Assembly: GCA_964016885.1 (NCBI GenBank)
Contig: OZ024743.1
Span: 130,882,001 to 130,946,000, forward strand
Source of the DNA: Eledone cirrhosa
Lineage: Eukaryota
Reading direction: 5' to 3'
Length of the DNA stretch: 64,000 bases
The notes below the pieces were generated by a model. That model saw only the letters and a list, made by a program, of their open reading frames with translations. It was not told the origin of the DNA and made no database searches. Below, in pieces: positions 33,301 to 46,978 of the stretch. The position numbers and the translations under genes were made by a program. Each line of letters starts with the position of its first letter. The first letter of the stretch is position 1.

Positions 33301-36300
33301 TGGTGCTTGGTGTTTGGTGTTTGGTGCTTGGTGCTTGGTGTTTGGTGTTTGGTGTTTGCTGTTTGGTGTTTGGTGTTTGGTGTTTGCTGTTTGGTGTCTG
33401 CTTTTTGGTGTTTGGTGTTGGCTGTATGTTATTTGCTGTTTGGTGTTTGGTGTTTGGTGTTTGGTGCTTGGTGCTTGGTGTTTGGTGTTTGGTGCTTGGT
33501 GCTTGGAGTTTGGTGTTTGGTGCTTGGTGCTTGGTGTTTTGTGTTTGGTGTTTGGTTTTTGGTGCTTGGTGCTTGGTGCTTGTTGCTTGGTCCTTGGTGT
33601 TTGGTGCTTGGTGCTTGGTGTTTGTACTTGGTGCTTGGTGCTTGGTGTTTGGTTCTTGGTTCTTGGTGTTTGGTACTTGGTGCTTGGTGCTTGGTGCTTG
33701 GTGTTTGGTGTTTGGTGCTTGGTGTTTGGTGCTTGGTGCTTGGTGCTTGGTGTTAGGTGTTTGGTGCTTGGTGCTTGGTGTTTGGTGCTTGGTGTTTGGT
33801 GTTTGCTGTTTGGTGTTTGGTGCTTCGTGTTTGGTGTTTGCTGTTTGGTGTCTGCTTTTTGGTGTTTGGTGTTTGCTGTATGGTGTTTGCTCTTTCGTGT
33901 TTGGTGTTTGCTGTTTGGTGTTTGGTGTTTGCTGTTTGGTGTTTGGTCTTTGGTGCTTGGTGTTTGGTGCTTGGTGCTTGGTGTTTGGTGTTTGGTGCTT
34001 GGTGCTTGGTGCTTCGTGTTTGGTGTTTGGTGCTTGGTGTCTGGAGCTTGGTGTTTGGTGTTTGGTGCTTGGTGTTTGGTGTTTGGTGCTTGGTGCTTGG
34101 TGTTTGGTGCTTGGTGCTTGGTGTTTGTACTTGGTGCTTGGTGCTTGGTGTTTGGTGCTTGGTTCTTGGTGTTTAGTGCTTGGTGTTTGGTGCTTGGTGC
34201 TTGGTGTTTGGTGCTTGGTGCTTGGTGTTTGGTGTTTGGTGCTTGGTGCTTGGTGCTTGGTGTTTGGTGTTTGGTGCTTGGTGCTTGGTGTTTGGTGTTT
34301 GTTTCTTGGTGCTTGGTATTTGGTGCTTGGTGCTTGCTGCTTGGTGTTTGGTGCTTGGTGATTGATGCTTGGTGTTTGATGCTTGGTGCTTGGTGTTTGG
34401 TTTTTGGTGCTAGGTGCTTGGTGCTTGGTGTTTGGTGCTTGGTGTTTGGTGTTTGCTGCTTGGTGCTTGGGGCTTGGTGTTTGGTACTTGGTGCTTGGTG
34501 CTTGGTGTTTGGTGCTTGGTGCTTGGTGTATGGTGTTTGGTGTTTGGTGCTTGGTGTTTGGTGTTTGGTGCTTGGTGTTTGGTGTTTGGTGCTTGGTGCT
34601 TGGTGTTTGTTGCTTGGTACTTGGTTCATCGTGTTTGGTGCTGGGTGCTTGGTGTTTGGTGTTTGGTGCTTGGTGTTTGGTGTTTGGTGCTTGGTGCTTG
34701 GTGTTTGTTGCTTGGTACTTGGTGCATGGTGTTTGGTGCTGGGTGCTGGGTGTTTGGTGCTTGGTGTTTGGTGCTTGGTGCTTGGTGTTTGGTGTTTGGT
34801 GTTTGATGCTTGGTGTTTGATGCTTGGTGCTTGGTGCTTGGTGTTTGGTGCTTGGTGTTTGTACTTGGTGCTTGGTGTTTTGTGCTTGGTTCTTTGTGTT
34901 TGGTGTTTGGTGCTTGGTGCTTGGTGCTTGGTGTTAGGTGTTTGGTGCTTGGTGCTTGGTGTTTGGTGTTTGGTCCTTGGTGCTTGGTGTTTAGTGCTTG
35001 GTGCTTGGTGTTTGTTGTTTGGTGCTTTCTGCTTGCTGCTTGGCGTTTGGTGCTTGGTGCTTGGTGCTTGGTGTTTGGTGTTTGGTGCTAGGTGCTTGGT
35101 GTTTGGTGTTTGGTGTTTGATGCTTGGTGTTTGGTGCTTGGTGTTTGGTGTTTTGTCCTTGGTGCTTGGGGCTTGGTGTTTAGTGCTTGGTGCTTGGTGC
35201 TTGGTGTTTGGTGCTTGGTGCTTGGTGTTTGGTGTTTGGTGTTTGGTGCTTGGTGCTTGGTGTTTGGTGCTTGGTGCTTGGTGCTGGGTGGTTGGTATTT
35301 GGTGCTTGGTGCTTGGTGTTTGGTGCTTGGTGCTTGGTGCTTGGTGTTTGGTGCTTGGTGCTTGGTGCTTGGTCTTTGTTGCTTGGTGTTTGGTGCTTGG
35401 TGCTTGGTGCTTGGTGTTTGGTGCTTGGTGATTAGTGTTTGGTGCTTGGTGCTTGGTGTTTGGTGTTTGGTGTTTGATGCTTGGTGTTTGATGCTTGGTG
35501 CTTGGTGCTTGGTGTTTGGTGCTTGGTGTTTGTACTTGGTGCTTGGTGTTTTGTGCTTGGTTCTTTGTGTTTGGTGTTTGGTGCTTGGTGCTTGGTGCTT
35601 GGTGTTAGGTGTTTGGAGCTTGGTGCTTGGTGTTTGGTGTTTGGTCCTTGGTGCTTGGTGTTTAGTGCTTGGTGCTTGGTGTTTGGTGTTTGGTGCTTTC
35701 TGCTTGCTGCTTGGAGTTTGGTGCTTGGTGCTTGGTGCTTGGTGTTTGGTGTTTGGTGCTAGGTGCTTGGTGTTTGGTGTTTGGTGTTTGATGCTTGGTG
35801 TTTGGTGCTTGGTGTTTGGTGTTTTGTGCTTGGTGCTTGGGGCTTGGTGTTTAGTGCTTGGTGCTTGGTGCTTGGTGTTTGGTTGTTGGTGCTTGGTGTT
35901 TGGTGTTTGGTGTTTGGTGCTTGGTGCTTGGTGTTTGGTGCTTGGTGCTTGGTGCTGGGTGGTTGGTATTTGGTGCTTGGTGCTTGGTGTTTGGTGCTTG
36001 GTGCTTGGTGCTTGGTGTTTGGTGCTTGGTGCTTGGTGCTTGGTCTTTGGTGCTTGGTGTTTGGTGCTTGGTGCTTGGTGCTTGGTGTTTGGTGCTTGGT
36101 GATTAGTGTTTGGTGCTTGGTGCTTGGGGTTTGGTGTTTGGTGCTTGGTACTTGGTGTTTGGTGCTTGGTGTTTGGTGTTTGCTGTTTGGTGTTTGGTGT
36201 TTGCTGTTTGCTGTTTGCTGTTTGCTTTTTGGTGTTTGGTGTTTGCTGTATGGTGTTTGCTGTTTGGTGTTTGGTGTTTGCTGTTTGGTGTTTGGTGTTT

Positions 36301-39090
36301 GCTGTTTGGTATTTGGTGCTTGGTGTTTGGTGCTTGGTGCTTGGTGTTTGGTGTTTGGTGCTTGGTGCTTGGTGTTTGGTGTTTGTTGCTTGGTGCTTGG
36401 TGCTTGGTGTTTGGTGTTTGGTGTTTGGTGCTTGGTGTCTGGTGTTTGGTGTTTGGTGTTTGGTGCTTGTTGCTTGGTGCTTGGTGCTTGGGGTTTGGTT
36501 CTTGGTTCTTGGTGTTTGGTACTTGGTGCTTGGTGTTTGGTGCTGGGTGCTTGGTGTTTGGTGCTTGGTGCTTGGTGCTTGCTGTTTGGTGTTTGGTGCT
36601 TGGTGCTTGGTGTTTGGTGTTTGGTGTTATATGCTTGGTGTTTGATGCTTGGTGCTTGGTGCTTGGTATTTGGTGTTTGGTGCTTGGTGTTTGTACTTGG
36701 TGCTTGGTTCTTGGTTCTTGGTGCTTGGTGCTTGGTGCTTGGTGCTTGGTGCTTGGTGTTTGGTGCTTGGTGTTTGGTGCTTGGTGTTTGGTGCTTGGTG
36801 CCTGGTGCTTGGTGCTTGGTGCTTGGTGTTTGGTGCTTGGTGTTTGGTGCTTGGTGTTAGGTGTTTGGTGCTTGGTGCTTGGTGTTTGGTGTTTGGTGCT
36901 TGGTGTTTGGTGCTTGGTGCTTGGTGTTTGGTGTTTGGTGCTTGGTGTTTGGTGCTTGGTACTTGGTGCTTGGTGCTTGGTGTTAGGTGTTTGGTGCTTG
37001 GTGCCTGGTGTTTGGTTTTTGGTGCTTGGTGCTTGGTGTTTGCTGTTTGGTGCTTGCTGCTGGCTGCTTGGTGTTTGGTGCTTGGTGATTGGTGCTTGGT
37101 GTTTGGTGCTTGGTGTTTGGTGTTTGGTACTAGGTGCTTGGTGTTTGGTGTTTGGTGTTTGGTGCTTGGTGTTTGGTGCTTGGTGCTGGGTGGTTGGTGT
37201 TTGGTGCTTGGTGATTAGTGTTTGGTGCTAGGCGCTTGGGGTTTGGTGTTTGCTGTTTGGTGCTTGGTGCTTGGTCTTTGGTGCTTGGTGTTTGGTGTTT
37301 GGTGCTTGGTGCTTTGTGTTTGGTGCTTGGTGATTAGTGTTTGGTGCTTGGTGCTTGGGGTTTGGTGTTTGGTGCTTGGTACTTGGTGTTTGGTGCTTGG
37401 TGTTTGGTGTTTGCTGTTTGGTGTTTGGTGTTTGGTGTTTGCTGTATGGTGTTTGCTGTTTCGTGTTTGGTGTTTGCTGTTTGGTGTTTGGTGTTTGCTG
37501 TTTGGTGTTTGGTCTTTGGTGCTTGGTGTTTGGTGCTTGATGCTTGGTGTATGGTGTTTGGTGCTTGGTGTTTGGTGTTTGGTGCTTGGTGCTTGGTTCT
37601 TGGTGTTTGGTGTTTGGTGTTTGGTGCTTGGTGTCTGGTGCTTGGTGTTTGGTGTTTGGTGTTTGGTGCTTGGTGTTTGGTGTTTGGTGTTTGGTGTTTG
37701 GTGCTTGTTGCTTGGTACTTGGTGCTTGGTGTTTGGTGCTTGGTGCTTGGTGTTTGGTGCTGGGTGCTTGGTGTTTGGTGCTTGGTGCTTGGTGCTTGGT
37801 GTTTGGTGTTTGGTGCTTGGTGCTTGGTGCTTGGTGTTTGGTGTTTGGTGCTTGGTGTTTTATGCTTGGTGTTTGATATTTGGTGCTTGGTGCTTGGTGT
37901 TTGTACTTGGTGCTTGGTGCTTGGTTCTTGGTGTTTGGTGCTTGGTGCTTGGTGCTTGGTGCTTGGTGTTTGGTGCTTGGTGTTTGGTGCTTGGTGTTTG
38001 GTGCTTGGTGCCTGGTGTTTGGTGCTTGGTGCTTGGTGTTTGGTGCTTGGTGTTTGGTGCTTGGTATTAGGTGTTTGGTGCTTGGTGCTTGGTGTTTGGT
38101 GTTTGGTGCTTGGTGTTTGGTGCTTGGTGCTTGGTGTTTGGTGTTTGGTGCTTGGTGTTTGGTGCTTGGTACTTGGTGCTTGGTGCTTGGTGTTAGGTGT
38201 TTGGTGCTTGGTGCTTGGTGTTTGGTTTTTGGTGCTTGGTGCTTGGTGTTCGGTGTTTGGTGCTTGCTGCTGGCTGCTTGGTGTTTGGTGCTTGGTGATT
38301 GGTGCTTGGTGTTTGGTGCTTGGTGTTTGGTGTTTGGTACTAGGTGCTTGGTGCTTGGTGTTTGGTGCTTGGTGCTTGGTGTTTGGTGTTTGGTGCTTGG
38401 TGCTTGGTGTTTGGTGCTTGGTGCTGGGTGCTGGGTGGTTGGTGTTTGGTGTTTGGTGTTTGGTGCTGGGTGCTTGGTGTTTGGTGCTTGGTGCTTGGTC
38501 TTTGGTGTTTGGTGTTTGGTGTTTGGTGCTTGGTGCTTGGTGCTTGGTGTTTGGTGCTTGGTGCTTGGTGTTTGGTGCTTGGTGCTTAGTGTTTGGTGCT
38601 AGGTGCTTGGGGTTTGGTGTTTGGTGCTTGGTGCTTGGTGTTTGGTGCTTGGTGCTTGGTGTTTGGTGTTTGGTGCTTGGTGCTTGGTGTTTGGTGTTTG
38701 GTGTTTGCTGTTTGGTGTTTGGTGTTTGGTGTTTGCTGTTTGGTGTCTGCTTTTTGGTGTTTGGTGTTGGCTGTATGTTATTTGCTGTTTGGTGTTTGGT
38801 GTTTGGTGTTTGGTGCTTGGTGCTTGGTGTTGGGTGTTTGGTGCTTGGTGCTTGGAGTTTGGTGTTTGGTGCTTGGTGCTTGGTGTTTTGTGTTTGGTGT
38901 TTGGTTTTTGGTGCTTGGTGCTTGGTGCTTGTTGCTTGGTCCTTGGTGTTTGGTGCTTGGTGCTTGGTGTTTGTACTTGGTGCTTGGTGCTTGGTGTTTG
39001 GTTCTTGGTTCTTGGTGTTTGGTACTTGGTGCTTGGTGCTTGGTGCTTGGTGTTTGGTGTTTGGTGCTTGGTGTTTGGTGCTTGGTGCCT
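21400..39090. repeat. HOR domain A (right part): ~4.8 kb unit converting to a 5,468 bp unit (~2.7 copies from ~24,520)
   Basis: Offsets are 4770 (21750/26520) and 4804 (24111/28915), then 5468 (26520/31988, 30013/35481, 31754/37222), then 5349 after a 119-bp deletion (31988/37337). 5468 = 782x7 - 6, with six TTGTAC units at 27084, 28154, 28657, 29391, 30062 and 31223. Confidence 0.88.
29310..30650. repeat. 671 bp diverged tandem pair inside the 5,468 bp HOR (also at ~34,780-36,120 and ~41,420-42,760)
   Basis: TTGTAC at 29391/30062, TTAGTGT at 29964/30635, ORF starts 29342/30013. 671 = 96x7 - 1. Confidence 0.85.
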
Positions 39091-42000
39091 GGTGCTTGGT
39101 GCTTGTAGCTTGGTGTTTGGTGCTTGGTGTTTGGTGCTTGGTGTTAGGTGTTTGGTGCTTGGTGCTTGGTGTTTGGTGTTTGGTGCTTGGTGTTTGGTGC
39201 TTGGTGCTTGGTGTTTGGTGTTTGGTGCTTGGTGTTTGGTGCTTGGTACTTGGTGCTTGGTGCTTGGTGTTAGGTGTTTGGTGCTTGGTGCTTGGTGTTT
39301 GGTTTTTGGTGCTTGGTGCTTGGTGTTTGGTGTTTGGTGCTTGCTGCTGGCTGCTTGGTGTTTGGTGCTTGGTGTTAGGTGTTTGGTGCTTGGTGCTTGG
39401 TGTTTGGTGTTTGGTGTTTGGTGTTTGCTGTTTGGTCTTTGGTGCTTGGTGTTTGGTGCTTGGTGCTTGGTGTTTGGTGTTTGGTGCTTGGTGCTTGGTG
39501 TTTGGTGTTTGTTGCTTGGTGCTTGGTGCTTGGTGTTTGGTGTTTGGTGTTTGGTGCTTTGTGTCTGGTGCTTGGTGTTTGGTGTTTGGTGTTTGGTGCT
39601 TGTTGTTTGGTGTTTGGTGTTTGGTGCTTGGTGCTTGGTGTTTGGTGCTTGGTGCTTGGTGATTAGTGTTTGGTGCTTGGTGCTTGTGGTTTGGTGTTTG
39701 GTGCTTGGTGCTTGGTGTTTTGTGCTTGGTGCTTGGTGTTTGGTGCTTGGTGTTTTGTTTTTGCTGTTTGGTGTTTGGTGTTTGGTGTCTGCTTTTTGGT
39801 GTTTGGTGTTTGCTGTATGGTGTTTGGTGTTTGGTGTTTGGTGTTTCCTGTTTGGTCTTTAGTCTTTGGTGCTTGGTGTTTGGTGCTTGGTGCTTGGTGC
39901 TTGGTGTTTGGTGCTTGGTGCTTGGTGCTTGTTGTTTGGTGATTGGTGCTTGGTGTTTGGTGTTTGGTGCTTGGGGCTTGGTGTTTGGTGCTGCGTGCTT
40001 GGTGCTTGGTGCTTGGTGCTTGGTGCTTGGTGTTTTGTGTTTGGTGTTTGATGCTTGGTGTTTGGTGTTTGTTGTTTGGTGCTTGGTGCTTGGTGTTTGG
40101 TGTTTAATGCTTGTTGCTTGATGCTTGGTGCTTGGTGCTTGGTGTTTGGTGCTTGGTGTTTGGTGCTTGGTGTTTGGTGTTTGCTCTTTGCTGTTTGGTG
40201 TTTGGTGTTTGCTGTTTCGTGTTTGGTGTTTGGTGTTTGCTGTTTGGTGTTTGCTGTTTGGTGCTTGGTGTTTGGTGCTTGGTGCTTGGTGTTTGGTGTT
40301 TGGTGTTTGGTTCTTGGTGCTTGGGGCTTGGTGTTTGGTGCTTGGTGTTTGGTGTTTGGTGCTTGGTGTTTGGTGCTTGGTGCTTGGTGCTTGGTGTTAG
40401 GTGTTTGGTGCTTGGTGCTTGGTGTTTGGTGCTTGGTGTTTGGTGTTTGCTGTTTGGTGTTTGGTGCTTCGTGTTTGGTGTTTGCTGTTTGGTGTCTGCT
40501 TTTTGGTGTTTGGTGTTTGCTGTATGGTGTTTGCTCTTTCGTGTTTGGTGTTTGCTGTTTGGTGTTTGGTGTTTGCTGTTTGGTGTTTGGTCTTTGGTGC
40601 TTGGTGTTTGGTGCTTGGTGCTTGGTGTTTGGTGTTTGGTGCTTGGTGCTTGGTGCTTCGTGTTTGGTGTTTGGTGCTTGGTGTCTGGAGCTTGGTGTTT
40701 GGTGTTTGGTGCTTGGTGTTTGGTGTTTGGTGCTTGGTGCTTGGTGTTTGGTGCTTGGTGCTTGGTGTTTGTACTTGGTGCTTGGTGCTTGGTGTTTGGT
40801 GCTTGGTTCTTGGTGTTTAGTGCTTGGTGTTTGGTGCTTGGTGCTTGGTGTTTGGTGCTTGGTGCTTGGTGTTTGGTGTTTGGTGCTTGGTGCTTGGTGC
40901 TTGGTGTTTGGTGTTTGGTGCTTGGTGCTTGGTGTTTGGTGTTTGTTTCTTGGTGCTTGGTATTTGGTGCTTGGTGCTTGCTGCTTGGTGTTTGGTGCTT
41001 GGTGATTGATGCTTGGTGTTTGATGCTTGGTGCTTGGTGTTTGGTTTTTGGTGCTAGGTGCTTGGTGCTTGGTGTTTGGTGCTTGGTGTTTGGTGTTTGC
41101 TGCTTGGTGCTTGGGGCTTGGTGTTTGGTACTTGGTGCTTGGTGCTTGGTGTTTGGTGCTTGGTGCTTGGTGTATGGTGTTTGGTGTTTGGTGCTTGGTG
41201 TTTGGTGTTTGGTGCTTGGTGTTTGGTGTTTGGTGCTTGGTGCTTGGTGTTTGTTGCTTGGTACTTGGTTCATCGTGTTTGGTGCTGGGTGCTTGGTGTT
41301 TGGTGTTTGGTGCTTGGTGTTTGGTGTTTGGTGCTTGGTGCTTGGTGTTTGTTGCTTGGTACTTGGTGCATGGTGTTTGGTGCTGGGTGCTGGGTGTTTG
41401 GTGCTTGGTGTTTGGTGCTTGGTGCTTGGTGTTTGGTGTTTGGTGTTTGATGCTTGGTGTTTGATGCTTGGTGCTTGGTGCTTGGTGTTTGGTGCTTGGT
41501 GTTTGTACTTGGTGCTTGGTGTTTTGTGCTTGGTTCTTTGTGTTTGGTGTTTGGTGCTTGGTGCTTGGTGCTTGGTGTTAGGTGTTTGGTGCTTGGTGCT
41601 TGGTGTTTGGTGTTTGGTCCTTGGTGCTTGGTGTTTAGTGCTTGGTGCTTGGTGTTTGTTGTTTGGTGCTTTCTGCTTGCTGCTTGGCGTTTGGTGCTTG
41701 GTGCTTGGTGCTTGGTGTTTGGTGTTTGGTGCTAGGTGCTTGGTGTTTGGTGTTTGGTGTTTGATGCTTGGTGTTTGGTGCTTGGTGTTTGGTGTTTTGT
41801 CCTTGGTGCTTGGGGCTTGGTGTTTAGTGCTTGGTGCTTGGTGCTTGGTGTTTGGTGCTTGGTGCTTGGTGTTTGGTGTTTGGTGTTTGGTGCTTGGTGC
41901 TTGGTGTTTGGTGCTTGGTGCTTGGTGCTGGGTGGTTGGTATTTGGTGCTTGGTGCTTGGTGTTTGGTGCTTGGTGCTTGGTGCTTGGTGTTTGGTGCTT

Positions 42001-45000
42001 GGTGCTTGGTGCTTGGTCTTTGTTGCTTGGTGTTTGGTGCTTGGTGCTTGGTGCTTGGTGTTTGGTGCTTGGTGATTAGTGTTTGGTGCTTGGTGCTTGG
42101 TGTTTGGTGTTTGGTGTTTGATGCTTGGTGTTTGATGCTTGGTGCTTGGTGCTTGGTGTTTGGTGCTTGGTGTTTGTACTTGGTGCTTGGTGTTTTGTGC
42201 TTGGTTCTTTGTGTTTGGTGTTTGGTGCTTGGTGCTTGGTGCTTGGTGTTAGGTGTTTGGAGCTTGGTGCTTGGTGTTTGGTGTTTGGTCCTTGGTGCTT
42301 GGTGTTTAGTGCTTGGTGCTTGGTGTTTGGTGTTTGGTGCTTTCTGCTTGCTGCTTGGAGTTTGGTGCTTGGTGCTTGGTGCTTGGTGTTTGGTGTTTGG
42401 TGCTAGGTGCTTGGTGTTTGGTGTTTGGTGTTTGATGCTTGGTGTTTGGTGCTTGGTGTTTGGTGTTTTGTGCTTGGTGCTTGGGGCTTGGTGTTTAGTG
42501 CTTGGTGCTTGGTGCTTGGTGTTTGGTTGTTGGTGCTTGGTGTTTGGTGTTTGGTGTTTGGTGCTTGGTGCTTGGTGTTTGGTGCTTGGTGCTTGGTGCT
42601 GGGTGGTTGGTATTTGGTGCTTGGTGCTTGGTGTTTGGTGCTTGGTGCTTGGTGCTTGGTGTTTGGTGCTTGGTGCTTGGTGCTTGGTCTTTGGTGCTTG
42701 GTGTTTGGTGCTTGGTGCTTGGTGCTTGGTGTTTGGTGCTTGGTGATTAGTGTTTGGTGCTTGGTGCTTGGGGTTTGGTGTTTGGTGCTTGGTACTTGGT
42801 GTTTGGTGCTTGGTGTTTGGTGTTTGCTGTTTGGTGTTTGGTGTTTGCTGTTTGCTGTTTGCTGTTTGCTTTTTGGTGTTTGGTGTTTGCTGTATGGTGT
42901 TTGCTGTTTGGTGTTTGGTGTTTGCTGTTTGGTGTTTGGTGTTTGCTGTTTGGTATTTGGTGCTTGGTGTTTGGTGCTTGGTGCTTGGTGTTTGGTGTTT
43001 GGTGCTTGGTGCTTGGTGTTTGGTGTTTGTTGCTTGGTGCTTGGTGCTTGGTGTTTGGTGTTTGGTGTTTGGTGCTTGGTGTCTGGTGTTTGGTGTTTGG
43101 TGTTTGGTGCTTGTTGCTTGGTGCTTGGTGCTTGGGGTTTGGTTCTTGGTTCTTGGTGTTTGGTACTTGGTGCTTGGTGTTTGGTGCTGGGTGCTTGGTG
43201 TTTGGTGCTTGGTGCTTGGTGCTTGCTGTTTGGTGTTTGGTGCTTGGTGCTTGGTGTTTGGTGTTTGGTGTTATATGCTTGGTGTTTGATGCTTGGTGCT
43301 TGGTGCTTGGTATTTGGTGTTTGGTGCTTGGTGTTTGTACTTGGTGCTTGGTTCTTGGTTCTTGGTGCTTGGTGCTTGGTGCTTGGTGCTTGGTGCTTGG
43401 TGTTTGGTGCTTGGTGTTTGGTGCTTGGTGTTTGGTGCTTGGTGCCTGGTGCTTGGTGCTTGGTGCTTGGTGTTTGGTGCTTGGTGTTTGGTGCTTGGTG
43501 TTAGGTGTTTGGTGCTTGGTGCTTGGTGTTTGGTGTTTGGTGCTTGGTGTTTGGTGCTTGGTGCTTGGTGTTTGGTGTTTGGTGCTTGGTGTTTGGTGCT
43601 TGGTACTTGGTGCTTGGTGCTTGGTGTTAGGTGTTTGGTGCTTGGTGCCTGGTGTTTGGTTTTTGGTGCTTGGTGCTTGGTGTTTGCTGTTTGGTGCTTG
43701 CTGCTGGCTGCTTGGTGTTTGGTGCTTGGTGATTGGTGCTTGGTGTTTGGTGCTTGGTGTTTGGTGTTTGGTACTAGGTGCTTGGTGTTTGGTGTTTGGT
43801 GTTTGGTGCTTGGTGTTTGGTGCTTGGTGCTGGGTGGTTGGTGTTTGGTGCTTGGTGATTAGTGTTTGGTGCTAGGCGCTTGGGGTTTGGTGTTTGCTGT
43901 TTGGTGCTTGGTGCTTGGTCTTTGGTGCTTGGTGTTTGGTGTTTGGTGCTTGGTGCTTTGTGTTTGGTGCTTGGTGATTAGTGTTTGGTGCTTGGTGCTT
44001 GGGGTTTGGTGTTTGGTGCTTGGTACTTGGTGTTTGGTGCTTGGTGTTTGGTGTTTGCTGTTTGGTGTTTGGTGTTTGGTGTTTGCTGTATGGTGTTTGC
44101 TGTTTCGTGTTTGGTGTTTGCTGTTTGGTGTTTGGTGTTTGCTGTTTGGTGTTTGGTCTTTGGTGCTTGGTGTTTGGTGCTTGATGCTTGGTGTATGGTG
44201 TTTGGTGCTTGGTGTTTGGTGTTTGGTGCTTGGTGCTTGGTTCTTGGTGTTTGGTGTTTGGTGTTTGGTGCTTGGTGTCTGGTGCTTGGTGTTTGGTGTT
44301 TGGTGTTTGGTGCTTGGTGTTTGGTGTTTGGTGTTTGGTGTTTGGTGCTTGTTGCTTGGTACTTGGTGCTTGGTGTTTGGTGCTTGGTGCTTGGTGTTTG
44401 GTGCTGGGTGCTTGGTGTTTGGTGCTTGGTGCTTGGTGCTTGGTGTTTGGTGTTTGGTGCTTGGTGCTTGGTGCTTGGTGTTTGGTGTTTGGTGCTTGGT
44501 GTTTTATGCTTGGTGTTTGATATTTGGTGCTTGGTGCTTGGTGTTTGTACTTGGTGCTTGGTGCTTGGTTCTTGGTGTTTGGTGCTTGGTGCTTGGTGCT
44601 TGGTGCTTGGTGTTTGGTGCTTGGTGTTTGGTGCTTGGTGTTTGGTGCTTGGTGCCTGGTGTTTGGTGCTTGGTGCTTGGTGTTTGGTGCTTGGTGTTTG
44701 GTGCTTGGTATTAGGTGTTTGGTGCTTGGTGCTTGGTGTTTGGTGTTTGGTGCTTGGTGTTTGGTGCTTGGTGCTTGGTGTTTGGTGTTTGGTGCTTGGT
44801 GTTTGGTGCTTGGTACTTGGTGCTTGGTGCTTGGTGTTAGGTGTTTGGTGCTTGGTGCTTGGTGTTTGGTTTTTGGTGCTTGGTGCTTGGTGTTCGGTGT
44901 TTGGTGCTTGCTGCTGGCTGCTTGGTGTTTGGTGCTTGGTGATTGGTGCTTGGTGTTTGGTGCTTGGTGTTTGGTGTTTGGTACTAGGTGCTTGGTGCTT

Positions 45001-46978
45001 GGTGTTTGGTGCTTGGTGCTTGGTGTTTGGTGTTTGGTGCTTGGTGCTTGGTGTTTGGTGCTTGGTGCTGGGTGCTGGGTGGTTGGTGTTTGGTGTTTGG
45101 TGTTTGGTGCTGGGTGCTTGGTGTTTGGTGCTTGGTGCTTGGTCTTTGGTGTTTGGTGTTTGGTGTTTGGTGCTTGGTGCTTGGTGCTTGGTGTTTGGTG
45201 CTTGGTGCTTGGTGTTTGGTGCTTGGTGCTTAGTGTTTGGTGCTAGGTGCTTGGGGTTTGGTGTTTGGTGCTTGGTGCTTGGTGTTTGGTGCTTGGTGCT
45301 TGGTGTTTGGTGTTTGGTGCTTGGTGCTTGGTGTTTGGTGTTTGGTGTTTGCTGTTTGGTGTTTGGTGTTTGGTGTTTGCTGTTTGGTGTCTGCTTTTTG
45401 GTGTTTGGTGTTGGCTGTATGTTATTTGCTGTTTGGTGTTTGGTGTTTGGTGTTTGGTGCTTGGTGCTTGGTGTTGGGTGTTTGGTGCTTGGTGCTTGGA
45501 GTTTGGTGTTTGGTGCTTGGTGCTTGGTGTTTTGTGTTTGGTGTTTGGTTTTTGGTGCTTGGTGCTTGGTGCTTGTTGCTTGGTCCTTGGTGTTTGGTGC
45601 TTGGTGCTTGGTGTTTGTACTTGGTGCTTGGTGCTTGGTGTTTGGTTCTTGGTTCTTGGTGTTTGGTACTTGGTGCTTGGTGCTTGGTGCTTGGTGTTTG
45701 GTGTTTGGTGCTTGGTGTTTGGTGCTTGGTGCCTGGTGCTTGGTGCTTGTAGCTTGGTGTTTGGTGCTTGGTGTTTGGTGCTTGGTGTTAGGTGTTTGGT
45801 GCTTGGTGCTTGGTGTTTGGTGTTTGGTGCTTGGTGTTTGGTGCTTGGTGCTTGGTGTTTGGTGTTTGGTGCTTGGTGTTTGGTGCTTGGTACTTGGTGC
45901 TTGGTGCTTGGTGTTAGGTGTTTGGTGCTTGGTGCTTGGTGTTTGGTTTTTGGTGCTTGGTGCTTGGTGTTTGGTGTTTGGTGCTTGCTGCTGGCTGCTT
46001 GGTGTTTGGTGCTTGGTGTTAGGTGTTTGGTGCTTGGTGCTTGGTGTTTGGTGTTTGGTGTTTGGTGTTTGCTGTTTGGTCTTTGGTGCTTGGTGTTTGG
46101 TGCTTGGTGCTTGGTGTTTGGTGTTTGGTGCTTGGTGCTTGGTGTTTGGTGTTTGTTGCTTGGTGCTTGGTGCTTGGTGTTTGGTGTTTGGTGTTTGGTG
46201 CTTTGTGTCTGGTGCTTGGTGTTTGGTGTTTGGTGTTTGGTGCTTGTTGTTTGGTGTTTGGTGTTTGGTGCTTGGTGCTTGGTGTTTGGTGCTTGGTGCT
46301 TGGTGATTAGTGTTTGGTGCTTGGTGCTTGTGGTTTGGTGTTTGGTGCTTGGTGCTTGGTGTTTTGTGCTTGGTGCTTGGTGTTTGGTGCTTGGTGTTTT
46401 GTTTTTGCTGTTTGGTGTTTGGTGTTTGGTGTCTGCTTTTTGGTGTTTGGTGTTTGCTGTATGGTGTTTGGTGTTTGGTGTTTGGTGTTTCCTGTTTGGT
46501 CTTTAGTCTTTGGTGCTTGGTGTTTGGTGCTTGGTGCTTGGTGCTTGGTGTTTGGTGCTTGGTGCTTGGTGCTTGTTGTTTGGTGATTGGTGCTTGGTGT
46601 TTGGTGTTTGGTGCTTGGGGCTTGGTGTTTGGTGCTGCGTGCTTGGTGCTTGGTGCTTGGTGCTTGGTGCTTGGTGTTTTGTGTTTGGTGTTTGATGCTT
46701 GGTGTTTGGTGTTTGTTGTTTGGTGCTTGGTGCTTGGTGTTTGGTGTTTAATGCTTGTTGCTTGATGCTTGGTGCTTGGTGCTTGGTGTTTGGTGCTTGG
46801 TGTTTGGTGCTTGGTGTTTGGTGTTTGCTCTTTGCTGTTTGGTGTTTGGTGTTTGCTGTTTCGTGTTTGGTGTTTGGTGTTTGCTGTTTGGTGTTTGCTG
46901 TTTGGTGCTTGGTGTTTGGTGCTTGGTGCTTGGTGTTTGGTGTTTGGTGTTTGGTTCTTGGTGCTTGGGGCTTGGTGT
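33691..46978. repeat. Apparently exact 6,644 bp tandem duplication (33691-40334 | 40335-46978)
   Basis: Constant offset of 6644 with matching ORF translations (33757/40401, 35763/42407, 37341/43985, 39666/46310, 40125/46769). 6644 = 950x7 - 6, with six TTGTAC units. Monomer-by-monomer reading places the junction at ~40335-40347. Confidence 0.92.
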